From: Squalus acanthias
Lineage: Eukaryota
Direction of reading: 5' to 3'
NCBI GenBank assembly: GCA_030390025.1
Contig: CM059432.1
Coordinates: forward strand, 145,578,001 to 145,642,000
DNA length: 64,000 nt
Part shown: piece by piece, positions 38,179 to 50,384 of the stretch
Layout: each line of letters starts with the position of its first letter
How positions within the stretch are numbered: the first letter of the stretch is position 1
Translations under genes and position numbers: made by a program
Notes under the pieces: generated by a model
Databases searched by the model: none
Told to the model about the DNA's origin: nothing
Seen by the model: the letters and a program-made list of their open reading frames with translations, nothing else

Positions 38179-40035
38179 TTTGTGTTCTCCTCACAGCTGA
38201 CTGTCCCACCTAGCTTTGTATCATTAGCAAGCTTGGATACATTACATTCGGTCCCTTCATCTAGGTCATTAATATAGATTGTAAATAGCTGAAGCCCCAA
38301 CACTGATCCTTGTGGCACCCCACTAGTTACAGCCTGCCAACCTGAAAAGATCTGTTTATCCCTACTCTCTGTTTTCTGTCTATTAACCAATCCTCTATCC
38401 ATGCTACTATATTACCCCCAACCCCATGAGCCCTAACCTTTTATGTGGCACCTTATCGAATGCCTTTTGGAAATCCAAATATACTACATCCACTGGTTTC
38501 CCTTTATCTACCCTGCTAGTTACATCCTCAAAAAACTCTAATAAAGTTGTCAAACACGAATTCCCTTTCATAAAACTATGTTGACTCTGCCTAATCATGT
38601 TATGATTTTCTAAGTGCCCTGACACCACTTCCTTAACAATGGATTCCAGTATTTTCCGACGACTGATGTCAGGCTAACTGGCCTGTAGTTCCCTATTTTT
38701 TTCTCCCTCCTTTCTTGAATAGTGGTGTTATATTTGCGACCTTCCAATCCGTTGGGACCATTCTAGAATCTAGGGAATTTTGGAAGATCAAAACCAATGC
38801 ATCCCACTATCTCTTCAGCCACCTCTTTTAGAACCCTAGGATGTAGGTCATGAGGTCCAGGGGATTTGTCGGCTTTTAGTCCCATTAGTTTCTCTAGTAC
38901 TTTTTCTCTACTTATATTAATTACGTTAAGTTCCTCACCCTCATTAGACCCTTGGTTCCCCACCATGTTTGGTATGCTTTTTGTGTCATCTACTGTGAAG
39001 ACAGATACAAAATATTTGTTTAACTTTTCTGTCATTTCCTTCTTCCCCATAATAATTTCTCCTGTCTCAGCCTCTAAAGGACCAACATTTATTTTTGCTA
39101 CTCTCTTCCTTTTTACATACTTGTAGAAGCTCTTACAATCTGCTTTCATATTTCTTGCTAGTTTTCTCTCATATTCTATTTTTTCCCTTTTTATCAATTT
39201 TTTGGTCAACCTTTGCTGGTTTCTGAAACTCTCCCAATCCTCAGGCTTACTATTATTCTTTGCAACATTATAAGCTTCTTCTTTCAATCTAATGTTATCC
39301 TTAGTTAGCCACGGTTGGATCACTTTTCCTGTGGAGTTTTTGTTCTCAATGGAATGTATTTTTGTTGAGAATTATGAAATATTTCTTTAAATGCTAGCCA
39401 CTGCTTATCTACCACCATACCTTTTAATCTATTTTCCCAATCCACCTTAGCCAACTCGCCCCTCATACCTCTGTAATTGGCTTTATTTAAGTTTAAGACT
39501 CTAGTTTCAGACTTAGGCAAGTCACTCTCAAAATTAAGGTGAAATTCTATCATATTATGATCACTCTGCCCCATAGGATCCTTTACTATGAGATTGCCAA
39601 TTAACCCTGTCTCATTACACAATACAAGATCTAAAATAACATGTTTCCTTGTTGGTTCCATGACATATTGTTCTAGGAAACTGTCCTGGATGCATTCCAT
39701 GAACTCGTCCTCCAGATTACCTTTGCCAATTTGCTTTGTCCAGTCTATATGAAGATTAAAGTCCTCCAAGATTATTGCATTACCTTTGTTGCAAGCTCCT
39801 ACTATTTCTTGATTAATATTCTGTCCAACAGTATAGCTACTGTTAGGGGGCCTATATACTGCTCCTACCAGTGTTTTCTGCCCCTTGTTATTCCTTATCT
39901 CCACCCATACTGATTCTACTTCCTGATCTTCCGAGCCAATATCCTTTTTCGCAACTGTCCTTATGTTATCCTTTATTATCAGGGCTACTCTCCCTCCTTT
40001 TCCATTCTGCCTGTCTTTTCGAAATGTTAAGTACT

Positions 40036-40917
40036 CAGGGCGACTTGCTTTTGTAATGCTGATGGTGAAAGTGATAGGAAATAACAGGGTATAGCTGAGA
40101 TGATGTATGACGTTGGACAAATGTCACCTGCAATTACAGAGCCATATGGTAGCCACCTATGGTTGAAGAGTAAGCTTATGCTAATGTGGCATGGCAGTGT
40201 GCATACCCTGCTTGATGGGCAGCAGTGAAGTGGAGAGATGCTGCATTGGTCACAACAGGGCATGCAAGACCCTCGACCTCCTCCTCCTCCTCTTCCCAGG
40301 AAGATCTGCGCTGAGCAATGCGGTTGCTGCTCCTCCGATTATGAGGACCAGGATGAGAGGACATATATTTTTCCCATCCCCTTGCTATAGATTTCATTTG
40401 AGGCAACAAGCTTGCAAGCGCACAGTCGAAGTGGCCTGAAATTATTCCATTCAGGTCACACTGCAGATGGGTGTCAGCTTGAACAGTCACAAGGTCAGTC
40501 GATGTGCAAAATCTTATCCCATACCTACAACCGCAAAGTTGTTGCATTTGAATGTCAGCCATGTTTTAGGGGGCGCTTTTAAAGCGCTCCACCAATGCAT
40601 ACAAATCATGTCCTCCAGCAACTCATCTCCTTGAACTTGGCCTGTTTCTGACAAGTTGGGAAACAGGAGCGAGAAGCACGAAAATGGGAAACCACCCTCA
40701 AAATAGGATTAGCAAGGCAGTTAACAGGCTGTTAACTGCCTTAACTACGTGTCCCACCGGTTCCAGGCGGGTCAGTTTGGGAGCAGATAAACAGACACTC
40801 ACGAAAATCGGGTGGGGGCGGGATGGAGGCGGGTTGGCAGCCTAAAGCCATTTTTTCCAATTTTCGTTACAGACCCGCCTCCAAACCCACCTCCTCAGGG
40901 CTATTCAAATCGAGCCC
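40036..40917. mobile_element. Truncated Harbinger derivative (right TIR only), possible decayed transposase 5' part
   Basis: Right end acccgcctccaaaccc...aaatcgagccc resembles the other MITE ends. It interrupts the CR1 APE region together with a small deletion. Minus-strand Arg-rich run and GSVIAGDIC remnant. Confidence 0.55.
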
Positions 40918-41209
40918 CTGTCTCTGTAATGGCTATTAGATCAAACCCATTTATCTCTATTTGTGCCATTAGTTCGTCTATCTTGTTACGAATGCTTCGT
41001 GCATTCAGATAAAGAGCCTTTAATTTAAATTTTTTTACCATTATTCCCTGCTTTGACCTTATTCTCTGCTGCACTGCTATCGTTAAACTCTCTGTCCCTT
41101 CCTGTCACACTCTGCTTATTTTTACCCAAATCGCTGCACTGCTCTATTGCCTTGACCTTTCTCTTTAGATTTCTAAATTTCCCCTCACCTGACCCCTCCC
41201 CCCTTTGTT

Positions 41210-42230
41210 GTACCTGTCTACTAGCTTGTGACGATTTGGGTACTTGGCCTTCCAAATCTCTTTGCCCCTCTACAGTTCCTAATTTCTCATCATTTAGAAA
41301 CTTATCTTTTTTGGGTCCGAAGTGGATTGCCTCACATTTTACCACATTGAACTCTATTTGCCACAGTTTTGTCCACTCACTTAATCTGTCTATGTCCTTT
41401 TGCAATTTCCTGCTCCCCTCTGCATTATACATAAGACATAACATAAGATAAGAAATAGGAGCAGGAGTAGGCCAATTGGCCCCTCGAGCCTGCTCCGCCA
41501 TTCAATAAGATCATGGCTGATCTGATCCTAACCGCCAATCTACTATCACAGAACCATCTCCTGAACCTAACAGAATTGGACACACGAAATAGGAGCAGGA
41601 TCAGGCTACACGGCCCCTGGGCCCGCTCCGCTACCCACAGGGCCATGACCGATCCGAACCTAGACTCATGTCCAAATTCCTGCCCGCTCCCCGTAACCCT
41701 TAATTCCCTTTACTTCTAGGAAACTGTCTATTTCTGTTTTAAATTTGTGTAATGATGTAGCTTCTACAGCTTTTTGGGGCAGCATATTCCATGGACCTAC
41801 CACCCTCTGAGTGAAATAGTTCCTTCTCATCTCAGTTTTGAAAGAGCAGCCCCTTATTCTAAGACTATGCCCCCTAGTTCTAGTTTCACCCATCATCGGG
41901 AACATCCTCCCCGCATCCACCCGATCCAACCCCTTCACAATCTTATATGTTTCAATAAGATCGCCTCTCATTCTTCTGAACTCCAATGAGTAGAGTCCCA
42001 ATCTACCCAACCTCTCCTCATATGTCCATCCCCTCATCCCTGGGATTATTTACTGTTCCCTTAACTAGTGTCATCTGCAAACATGTATATACAACTCTCT
42101 ATTCCTTCATCCAAGTCATTAATAAATATGGTGAAAGTTTAAGGCCCCAGAACAGATCACTGAGAAACACCACTTGTCACATCCTGCTAATCAAGTACCT
42201 ACCATTTATCCCCACTCTGTCTCCTATGTC
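41210..42230 (-). mobile_element. Nested CR1 fragments
   Basis: RT-region fragments 41210-41430 and 42050-42230 flank a CR1 3' end (41430-42045; ORF 41666-42037). Confidence 0.8.
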
Positions 42231-42424
42231 CTGAGGCAAGCTGGCAACTTACAAAGGTGATTTGTAAGTTGTTTCAGAGTTAAGACATAAAATTGTAAAG
42301 GTTTATTCCATAACCTTTCCAAAATTGTCCACACCTTCTGCTCCTTTACTACCTTGTAGCTCATTCCATTGCTCCTCACAGATAATTTCCATCTTTTCCT
42401 TCCTTCATTCACATCTTGTTTGTT

Positions 42425-42925
42425 TTGCGTCAGTTTCCACATGTACGCTGATGACGTTCATCTCTACTTCACCACCACCTCTCTCGACCCCTCCACTGTC
42501 TCTAAATTGTCAGACTGCTTGTCTAACATCCAGTACTGGATGAGCAGAAATTTCCTCCAACTAAATATTGGGAAGACCGTAACCATTGCCTTCGGTCCTT
42601 GTCACAAACTCAGTTCCCTAGCCACTGACTCCATCCCTCTCCCTGGGAACTGTCTGAGGCTGAACCAGACTGTTCACAACCTTGGTGTCATATTTGACCC
42701 CAAGATGAGCTTCCGACCACACATCTGCGCCATCACTAAGACCGCCTATTCCCACCTCCGTAACATCACCCACCTCAGCTCATCTGCTGCTGAAGCCCTC
42801 ATCCATGCCTTTGTTACCGCTAGACTAGACTATTCCAACGCACTCCTGGCCGTCCTCTCACATTCTAACCTCCGTAAACTTGAGGTCATCCAAAACTCTG
42901 CTGTCCCAGTCCTAACTTGCACCAA
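42425..42925 (+). mobile_element. L2 LINE fragment
   Basis: HMYADDVHLY...RLDYSNALL...IQNSA. Confidence 0.85.
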
Positions 42926-44056
42926 GGAAAATATTATTTGTCAATGAATCAGAAAACTTATTAGAATTAGTTGAAATAAAGCTTTATCTAATTAGTTGAT
43001 TGAGTGCTTGAACACATTTCACAGAGTGAGGGCAGATTTTCAAAGTGTGCAGGCCCTGTATTTCTCTCTGTCTCTGTCTTTATCTCTCTTTTGCGCTCAC
43101 TCCATCTTTCTCTTTCTCTAAGTATGTCATTCTCTCTTTCTTTCTGTATTTTTCCCACTTTGTATGCCTCTCGTACACTCCTTTTAAAAAATATTTTACT
43201 TTTTTATGTGTTTCACTCTCCCTTTTCCTCTCACTTCCAACAAAAATTTAGAGTCAGACTCGGGGAACCCAAACTTCTGCTAGCCAGAGAAGCTGGATAT
43301 GAAAGGATGAATGAGGGTTGGGTAGAGGGTTGGGTGCAGGGCTAGGAAGAAGTGGAGCTTGGCCTAGTCTGGTGAAATGTATCCATACCCCAGGTCCAAT
43401 GGTCTTCCCGTTAGTTGAACGGGATCTAGAGGTGATGACTCACACTGGAGTCCAGTATCTGTAACCTTCTGAGGCTTCAACAATCCAGCCATCCATCACG
43501 TTTGAGCCTGGACAATCACTGGTGACAGCCTATTCATCATGAGAGGCAGCCTGCCATCTACACATGCACATTTGTAGCAAGGAGGGGCACTGGCCATTTC
43601 CCCCCTCTCCCTAGCCTAGGGATGCGGAAGCCAATTGTTGCAGACCCCTATCTTCCCATCCCCACCCCCCATCACCAATTTCATTGAGATCAACTAATGA
43701 AGCTTAGATCACGTGTACACAGTGCATTGACGTACTGAGGTACAGCTCTCCTGGTATTTTATCTTTGTATTCTAACTTTACTAGAAAACAAGTAATAGTA
43801 TTGTATAATAGTTATTGTTTGTTTTAATGAATCTGTTTAAAAGCTGGGCATGTTTTTGTACAAAATTATTACTTTAGTCGTGACAGTTATCAACACAGTT
43901 TACAGATGAGAACACAGAATGAAGGTCTTCTTTCAAAAGGTCCAAGATTTCTAAAGCATTAGCTGTTGGATTTGTAGCTATCTGAAAACGTGAAAGACAA
44001 ATATCGATCAAGCCAGACGCAGAGAATTTTTTTTTTTGACTTATTATACCACTTAT

Positions 44057-44700
44057 AGAATCATAGAAGTTTACAGCACAGAAGGAGGCCATTCAGCCCA
44101 TCGTGTCCGCACTGGCCGAAAAAGAGCTATCCAGCCTAATCCCACTTTTCAGCTCTTGGTCCGTAGCCCTGTAGGTTACGGCACTTCAAGTGTACATCCA
44201 AGTACTTTTTAAATGCGATGAGGGTTTCTGCCTCTACCACCCTTTCAGGCAGTGGGTTCCAGACCCCCACCACCCTCTGGGTGAAAAGATTTCTCCTCAA
44301 CTCCCCTCTAATCCATCTACCAATAACTTTAAATCTATGTCCCCTGGCTATTGACCTCTCTGCTAAGGGAAATAGGTCTTTCCTATCCACTCTATCTAGG
44401 CGCCCCTCACAATTTTATACACTTCAATTAAATCTCCCCTCAGCCTCCTCTTTTCCAAAGAAAACGACCTCAGCCTATCCAATCTTTCCTCATAACTAAA
44501 ATTCTCCAGTCCTGGCAACATACTCGTAAATCTCCTCTGTACCCTCTCTAGTGCAATCGCAGCTTTTCTGTAACGAGGTGTCCAGAACTGTACACAGTAC
44601 TCTATAGCTGTGGCCTAACTAGTGTTTTATACAGTTCTAGCATAACCTCGCTGCTCTTATATTCAATGCTTCGGCTAGTAAAGGAAAGCATGCCATATGC
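44057..44700 (-). mobile_element. CR1 3' fragment
   Basis: (ATTCTATG)n tail and RGHRFKVIGR...FTQRVVGVWN. Confidence 0.85.
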
Positions 44701-46039
44701 CTTTGGAACTTCTTGTCTCAACCCCTCTTATTCCCAAACCCTGTACGGCACATGTAGGACAGTTGCAGGAAAGACATTAACAGTATGTGGATCATACCTC
44801 GATGTTTTACTTCTTGAGTTATTACAAATCAGTAAAGCGTTACTTGTCTGTGTATCTTTCAGTTCAAGGTCACGTAACTTTCCACGGGCGCACGATTGCA
44901 GATTGCACTCATGGACACTCTTCCTGCTGGTAAGCTCTCTGCTGTAATAATCAGACAAACAATTATTTATATGTTCTGCTCGTAATGCATCCTACAAAGC
45001 AGTTACACTCCATATTATTTGATTTTTGTATGAAGTGAGTAGTTCTCAAGAAAAGTGTGCCATTTTTTTAAATGTTCATGTGGGCTACAGCTAATAACAC
45101 AAGGAAACAGTCAATATTTCATACACCCTTTCTACAAGTTAAGAGGCACATCCACTTCTTCCTAAAAGGAGTTTTTGCAGTACAATCTGTGAGTATTATC
45201 TTGCAAGTTATCTGTTAACTTGGCCTCTGATCCAAACCTGCACCCATGAAGTGGATGAATTCTATCTCCCCACTCAGAGTAGCCTGGTAACGTCCCTTGG
45301 GGCTCAGTCTGTCATACTATCCTCTATATTACAATGTCTGTGGCATAATTTATGCAGTCAGGACTGTATCAGAGAGGAATTTTACTCTGACAACAGAGAA
45401 TAATCTGCGGAGGGTGTTCACAGTTGCAGTTTGCATTTCCCGAGATAATATTCCACATAGTTTGGAATGTATGCCAAGTGGATATAGTAGTGTAACAATG
45501 AAATGATTGTGGCAAGAGTTCCACTCAGCAGTAATAGAGCAAATCGTGTAAGGCAGGTGCCCCAACTGCACTGCACCATCACTGTAGACTCTACACAAAA
45601 ATGATGTTGCTGTGAGCACAGCAAGGCAATCAAGATATGGAAATCCCTCGGAAGATCTTACCAAAGCCTTTAATCCAATCTGGTTTCCCAGTGGGAATGA
45701 GTAAAGGACCTTGAAAACAAAATAGAACAAAGTACTGACTATAACCATGCTCATTTCTTCAGTTAACTTGCTACTTCACTAATTCACTAATCTTTGGTAC
45801 TGAAGAGTATGTGGATTCAAAAGATGAAAAAGAACTGAGAAGAGAATAAGCTGGAAATGGGAGAACCACAAATCCAATGTTGTGTTCAAATTCTTTGCTA
45901 CTATTAGGAGGCGATAAAAGCAAAACATTGATATCCTATAACAGGGGAGGGAGAATAATTGCAACTTCTGGCCCTCCAGAAAGAGGGGGAGGGTGGTAAT
46001 TCACACCCATCAAACTTTCCTTCATTGCACAGATACTTA

Positions 46040-46882
46040 GGGCTGGATTTTATCAATGGAGGCGAGCAGGAGGTGGGACTCCCACTTTTGGGGTTGTAGT
46101 CCCACCTCCATCGAGTTGTGGCCAACCCACTCGATTTTCCCTTGATTGACCTTGTTGAGCCCGCCCAGCAGGCTCAGCAGGCCAATTAAGGGTCACTCGG
46201 CAACAGGTGACGTCACAGATTGACATTTCATCTGTCAAGAGCTTTTGACAGGTGAAATATCAGCGTTTGACAGCTCCTTGAAGCTGTCAAACACTGACAA
46301 TCTGTCCTCTAAGTTAATTCCCTCCTCTCAGGCTGATTTAGAGATCTCTGCAGAACAAAAAGCAGAGGCTGCAGCTTTTGACAGCTCAACGGCCATTCTG
46401 CTTTCTGTGCCGGTGAGATTTCTGACTCCCGAGACCTGAAGGGCTGACACCTGCAGGAGGAAGTTAAGGTAAGTAAAACTTTTTTCCACACTTTACACTT
46501 ACCTTACACACTTACCTCTGCACACATGCACCCATCACTCACCTGCCCACCGACATATCGACCCCTCCAACCCCTGCAGACCCACGGTCCGCCTCGCTAA
46601 AACGGCGTGGTTTGGAGCCGTCGGGTAGCCCACACTTCAGGGCTAGAAATAGGGATTAGGCAACAAACTGCCTGTTAACTACCTGTTAACAGGCAGTTAA
46701 TTGTCACTAATCCCCTTCCCGCCTCGGGGAAGCGGCTCTCAGCACAGGTCGGGTACCCGCCTCCAGCAAAACTGGCATGGAGGCAGGTTGAGGGCGGGAT
46801 GGGTTCGGGACCCCCGAATCTGCTATTTTCCCACCCCACACACCTCCAAACCCGCCTCCACGGGTCAATGAAAATTCTGCCC
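46040..46882. mobile_element. Harbinger MITE (843 bp), close relative of 37335-38178 in the opposite orientation
   Basis: TIRs GGGCTGGATTTT / AAAATTCTGCCC, TSD TTA/TTA, and colinear similarity to the reverse complement of 37335-38178. Confidence 0.92.
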
Positions 46883-47089
46883 TTAGTCTTGATCAGAGAG
46901 TGAATTTAATAATGCAAAGGGTACAATAGAATTTAGCATCCAAGCTAAATGATTCACTAAAATTACACAAGGGTACATTTTCAGAAAGTGTACTCTTGGG
47001 TGCAGAGTTCAGTGGATCCAATTCATAATATTTGTGAAAATTAATGACCTGAAAAATTTGGAGTGACCTGTAGACCTAATTCTGCAACA

Positions 47090-47640
47090 TGTGTTCTGAC
47101 CTCATATCCGCGTCATCACTAAGACCACCTATTTCCATCTCCGGGACATCGCCCGACTCCATCCCTGCCTCAGCTCATCTGCTGCTAAAACCCTCATCCA
47201 TGCCTTTGTGCTCGCTGACCTACATTGGCTATTGGTTAAATTTTAAAATTCTCATCCTTTTTTTCAAATTCTTCCATGGCCTTTCCACTCCCTATCTCTG
47301 TAACCTCTTCCAGCCCTACAACCCTCTGATATCTCTGCGTTCGTCCAATTCTGGCCTCTTATGCACCCCCAATTTCAATCGCTTCACCATTGGCAGCCGT
47401 GCCTTCAGCTGCCAGGGCCCTACGCTCTGGAATTCCCTCCCTAAATCTCTCCGCATCTCTACCTCTCTTTCCTCGTTTAAGACGCTCCTTAAATCGTACC
47501 TCTTTGATCAAGCTTTTGGTCATCTGCCCTAATATCTCCTTATGTGGCGTGGTGTCAACTTTTGTTTTATAATGATCCTGTGAAGCGCCTTCGGATGTTT
47601 TACTACGTTAAAGGCGCTATATAAATGCAAGTTGTTGTAA
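47090..47640 (+). mobile_element. L2 LINE 3' end
   Basis: FKILILFFKFFHGLSTPYL...SRAFSCQGPTLWNSLP...FKTLLKSYLF and tail ataaatgcaagttgttg. Confidence 0.85.
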
Positions 47641-47730
47641 TTTAATTAATTAAAGTAATTTAATAAACTTAGCTTATATTTTTAGCTTTTTAACTAATTA
47701 CTTGATCAAGTTTAGGTAGATTAAATTATA

Positions 47731-47876
47731 CAATAGCAAAATACTGTGGATGCTGGAAATCTGAAATAACAGCAGAAAATGCTGGAAACACTCAGCAGGT
47801 CAGGCAGCGCCTGTTTCTCTCTCCACGGATGCTGCCTGACCTGCTGAGTGTTTCCAGCATCTTCTGTTGTTATTTC
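47731..47876. mobile_element. Palindromic short element with a 13-bp TSD
   Basis: Inverted arms of about 51 bp (47758-47808 / 47831-47881) and direct repeat AGATTAAATTATA at 47718-47730 and 47877-47889. Confidence 0.75.
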
Positions 47877-47980
47877 AGATTAAATTATATGTTTACCTGT
47901 AACTTACCCCTGCCACCCCTCCTTGTGCTGTGACGCCACTTTGCGATTTTTCTACCGTGCCGTTCACAGACTCGCAGACC

Positions 47981-48349
47981 ACCCTTTTCTCCCGCTCCGC
48001 TCTCGGCCTCGCCCTTTTTCGCCGCTCCGCTCTCGGCCTCGCCCTTTTCCCCCGCTCTGCTCTCGGCCTCGCCCTTTTCTCCTGCTCCGCTCTCAGCCTT
48101 GCCCTTTTCTCCCGCTCCGCTCTCGGCCTCGCCCTTTTCTCCCGCTCCACTCTCGGTCTCGCCCTTTTCTCCCGCTCCGCTCTCGGCCTCGCCCTTTTCT
48201 CCCGCTCCGCTCTCGGCTTCGCCCTTTCCCCCCGCTCCGCTCTCAGCCTCGCCCTTTTCCCCCACTCCGCTCTCGGCCTCGCCCTTTTCCCCCGCTCCGC
48301 TCTCAGCCTCGCCCTTTTCTCCCGCTCCGCTCTCGGCCTCGCCCTTTTC
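47981..48349. repeat. 30-bp GC-rich minisatellite (about 12 units)
   Basis: Unit gcccttttctcccgctccgctctcggcctc, with in-phase period 30. Confidence 0.95.
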
Positions 48350-48494
48350 ATTCCATTCCCCCCACCGCGCCCCACCATGTACAGGTATCAAAGACAAGCC
48401 AGATATTATTCTACATTGGTGACTAATTTAGCTGCTCCTGCTTGGTTAAGATACCGATCTCCACCACAGATATTTGCAACAAGGTGAACATGTT

Positions 48495-50205
48495 ATAAAT
48501 GACTTTGATGAACGAATAGAGTGCCTTATATCCAAGATTACTGACAACACTTAGTTAGGTGGCACAGTAAGTAGTGTAGATGGGAGCAGAAAGTTGCAAA
48601 GGTACATGGAAGTGAGTGGGCAAAACTGTGACAGATGGAATTCAATGTGAGAAAGTCTGAGGTCATCCAGTTAGGACCTAAGAAAGGTAGATCAGAGTAT
48701 TTTCTAAATGGCGAGAAGCTAGGAACAGTGGATGAGCAGAGAGATTTTGGGGTCCATGTACAGGAATCACTAAAAACTAGTGGAGAGGTACAAAAAATAA
48801 TTAAAAGGACTGATGGATTGTTAGCCTTTATCTCGAGGGGGCTGGAATACAAAGGGTGGAAGTTATGTTACAGATATATAAAGCTCTGGTTAGAACACAT
48901 CTAGAGTACTGCATTCAGTTCTGGACACCGCACCTCAGGAAGGATATATTGGTCTCGGAGGGGGTGCAGCGCAGATTCAGCAGAATGATACCGGGGCTAA
49001 AAAGGTTAAATTATGAGGACAGGTTGCATAGACTAGACTTGTATTCCCTTGAATATAGAAGATTAAGGGGTGATCTAATTGAGGTGTTTAAGATGATTAA
49101 AGGATTTTATAGGGTAGATAGAGAGAAACTATTTCCACTGGTGGAGGAGTCCAGAACAAGGGGGGCGAAATTCCCTTGTTTGGACCTCCGGTGGGAGGCG
49201 CAAATGGCTTTGCGCCCCCCCACGAGGCGATAACCGCGCCTTCCGTGAAATTCCGTGGGAGGTTAGCGGCGGCGCTACCGGGTAGCACCCCGATCTTCTG
49301 CGCCCGGAGATCATGACGTCATCTCCGGGCGCAGCACCCCAGTAGCGCCTCGAGAGAAAAATTCGCACTCGCTCCCCGCAGCATCGCTGGGCGATGTTAC
49401 CGACTGCTGCGGGGTCGCGAACAGTGAGACCGGCCGCTCGCGGGGCGCCATTTAAAGGCGCGGTGGCCGGCCGACATGAAAGAAAGCGCCGATTTTTTAA
49501 AAAAAACAAACATTTCCGAGCACCGGGCTGAGTGCCGCGATCGGTCAGCCCGGCACCCAGCTCGAGTGCTCCAGCAGATGCCAAAAACAAAATGCAGAGC
49601 TGGCAACGGGGATCCCTTCCCTTTAATTGAGGGAAGAGCACCTGCAACGCGGCAGCACCACACGTGGCCACGAGTGGCGCTGCTGAGCACATCACCCCGG
49701 ATCGGGACATTCCCCGCCTCTCGCGCTCCAAGAGGCAAGTGAAGTGCTTGATTTAGCGCTCCACTTCCCTCTTGGAGCAAAAAATGTGAATTTCTCAAAT
49801 GTTTGAAAAGGTTAGCGCCTGGCGCTAGCTTTTCAAACATTTTTGACTGAGCGCCCCAAATGGCCCTCTGGGGGAATTTCGCCCCCAAGGAGACAAAACC
49901 TTAAAATCAGGGGTGATGTGAGGAAGCAAATCTTCACACAAAGGGTCGTGGAAATCTGGATCTCTTCTCCACGCCACCCCCCACCCCCGCCCCCCCCTCC
50001 CTCCCCCCCAATCACCAAATAAAAGCTGTTGAGGCTAGGGGTCAATTGAAAATGTCAAAACTGAGATTAATAGATTTTTGTTAGGCAAAGGTATTAAGGG
50101 ATATGGAACCAAGGCAGGTAAATGGAGTTAAGTTACAGATCAGCCATGATCTAATTGAATGGAGGAACAGGTTCGAGGGACTGAATGGCCTATTCCTGTT
50201 CCTAT
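48495..50205 (+). mobile_element. CR1 3' portion interrupted by a MITE
   Basis: LEYCIQFWTPHLRKD...RLRGDLIEVFK and tail ctattcctgttcctatg. Confidence 0.85.
49161..49886. mobile_element. Harbinger MITE (726 bp) related to the autonomous element
   Basis: Perfect 15-bp TIR GGGGGCGAAATTCCC / GGGAATTTCGCCCCC, TSD AAG/AAG, and a right subterminal region homologous to the autonomous element. Confidence 0.93.
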
Positions 50206-50384
50206 GAACTCGCCAATCTAAAAGCGAATCCGGCTCTGGTTCCCAATTGCTCAGTTTGGGAAGAGATTTGCCAGTGGGATACTGAGCAAGGTCTCCCACT
50301 CCTGGTCACTATTCAGCGACCTCCGGTGGAAAGCTTCCATGTGTGGATGGCAGGGAAGTGTGGGGTCAGGCACGGCTGTGATTT

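Larger units (their letters stand above)
36489..41210 (-). mobile_element. Near-full-length CR1 ORF2 (APE plus RT), interrupted by two Harbinger derivatives
   Basis: APE motifs GAVYRPP, DFNLH, LDLVL, SDHN (ORF 39320-40120), RT motifs downstream, tail at about 36489-36510. Confidence 0.9.

Noticed and set aside
47885..48487. Repetitive ORFs (GEKGEAESGA)n, (RPRAEREKRA)n, (ALGLALFSRS)n
   Set aside because: These are translations of a stop-free 30-bp minisatellite, with no gene context.
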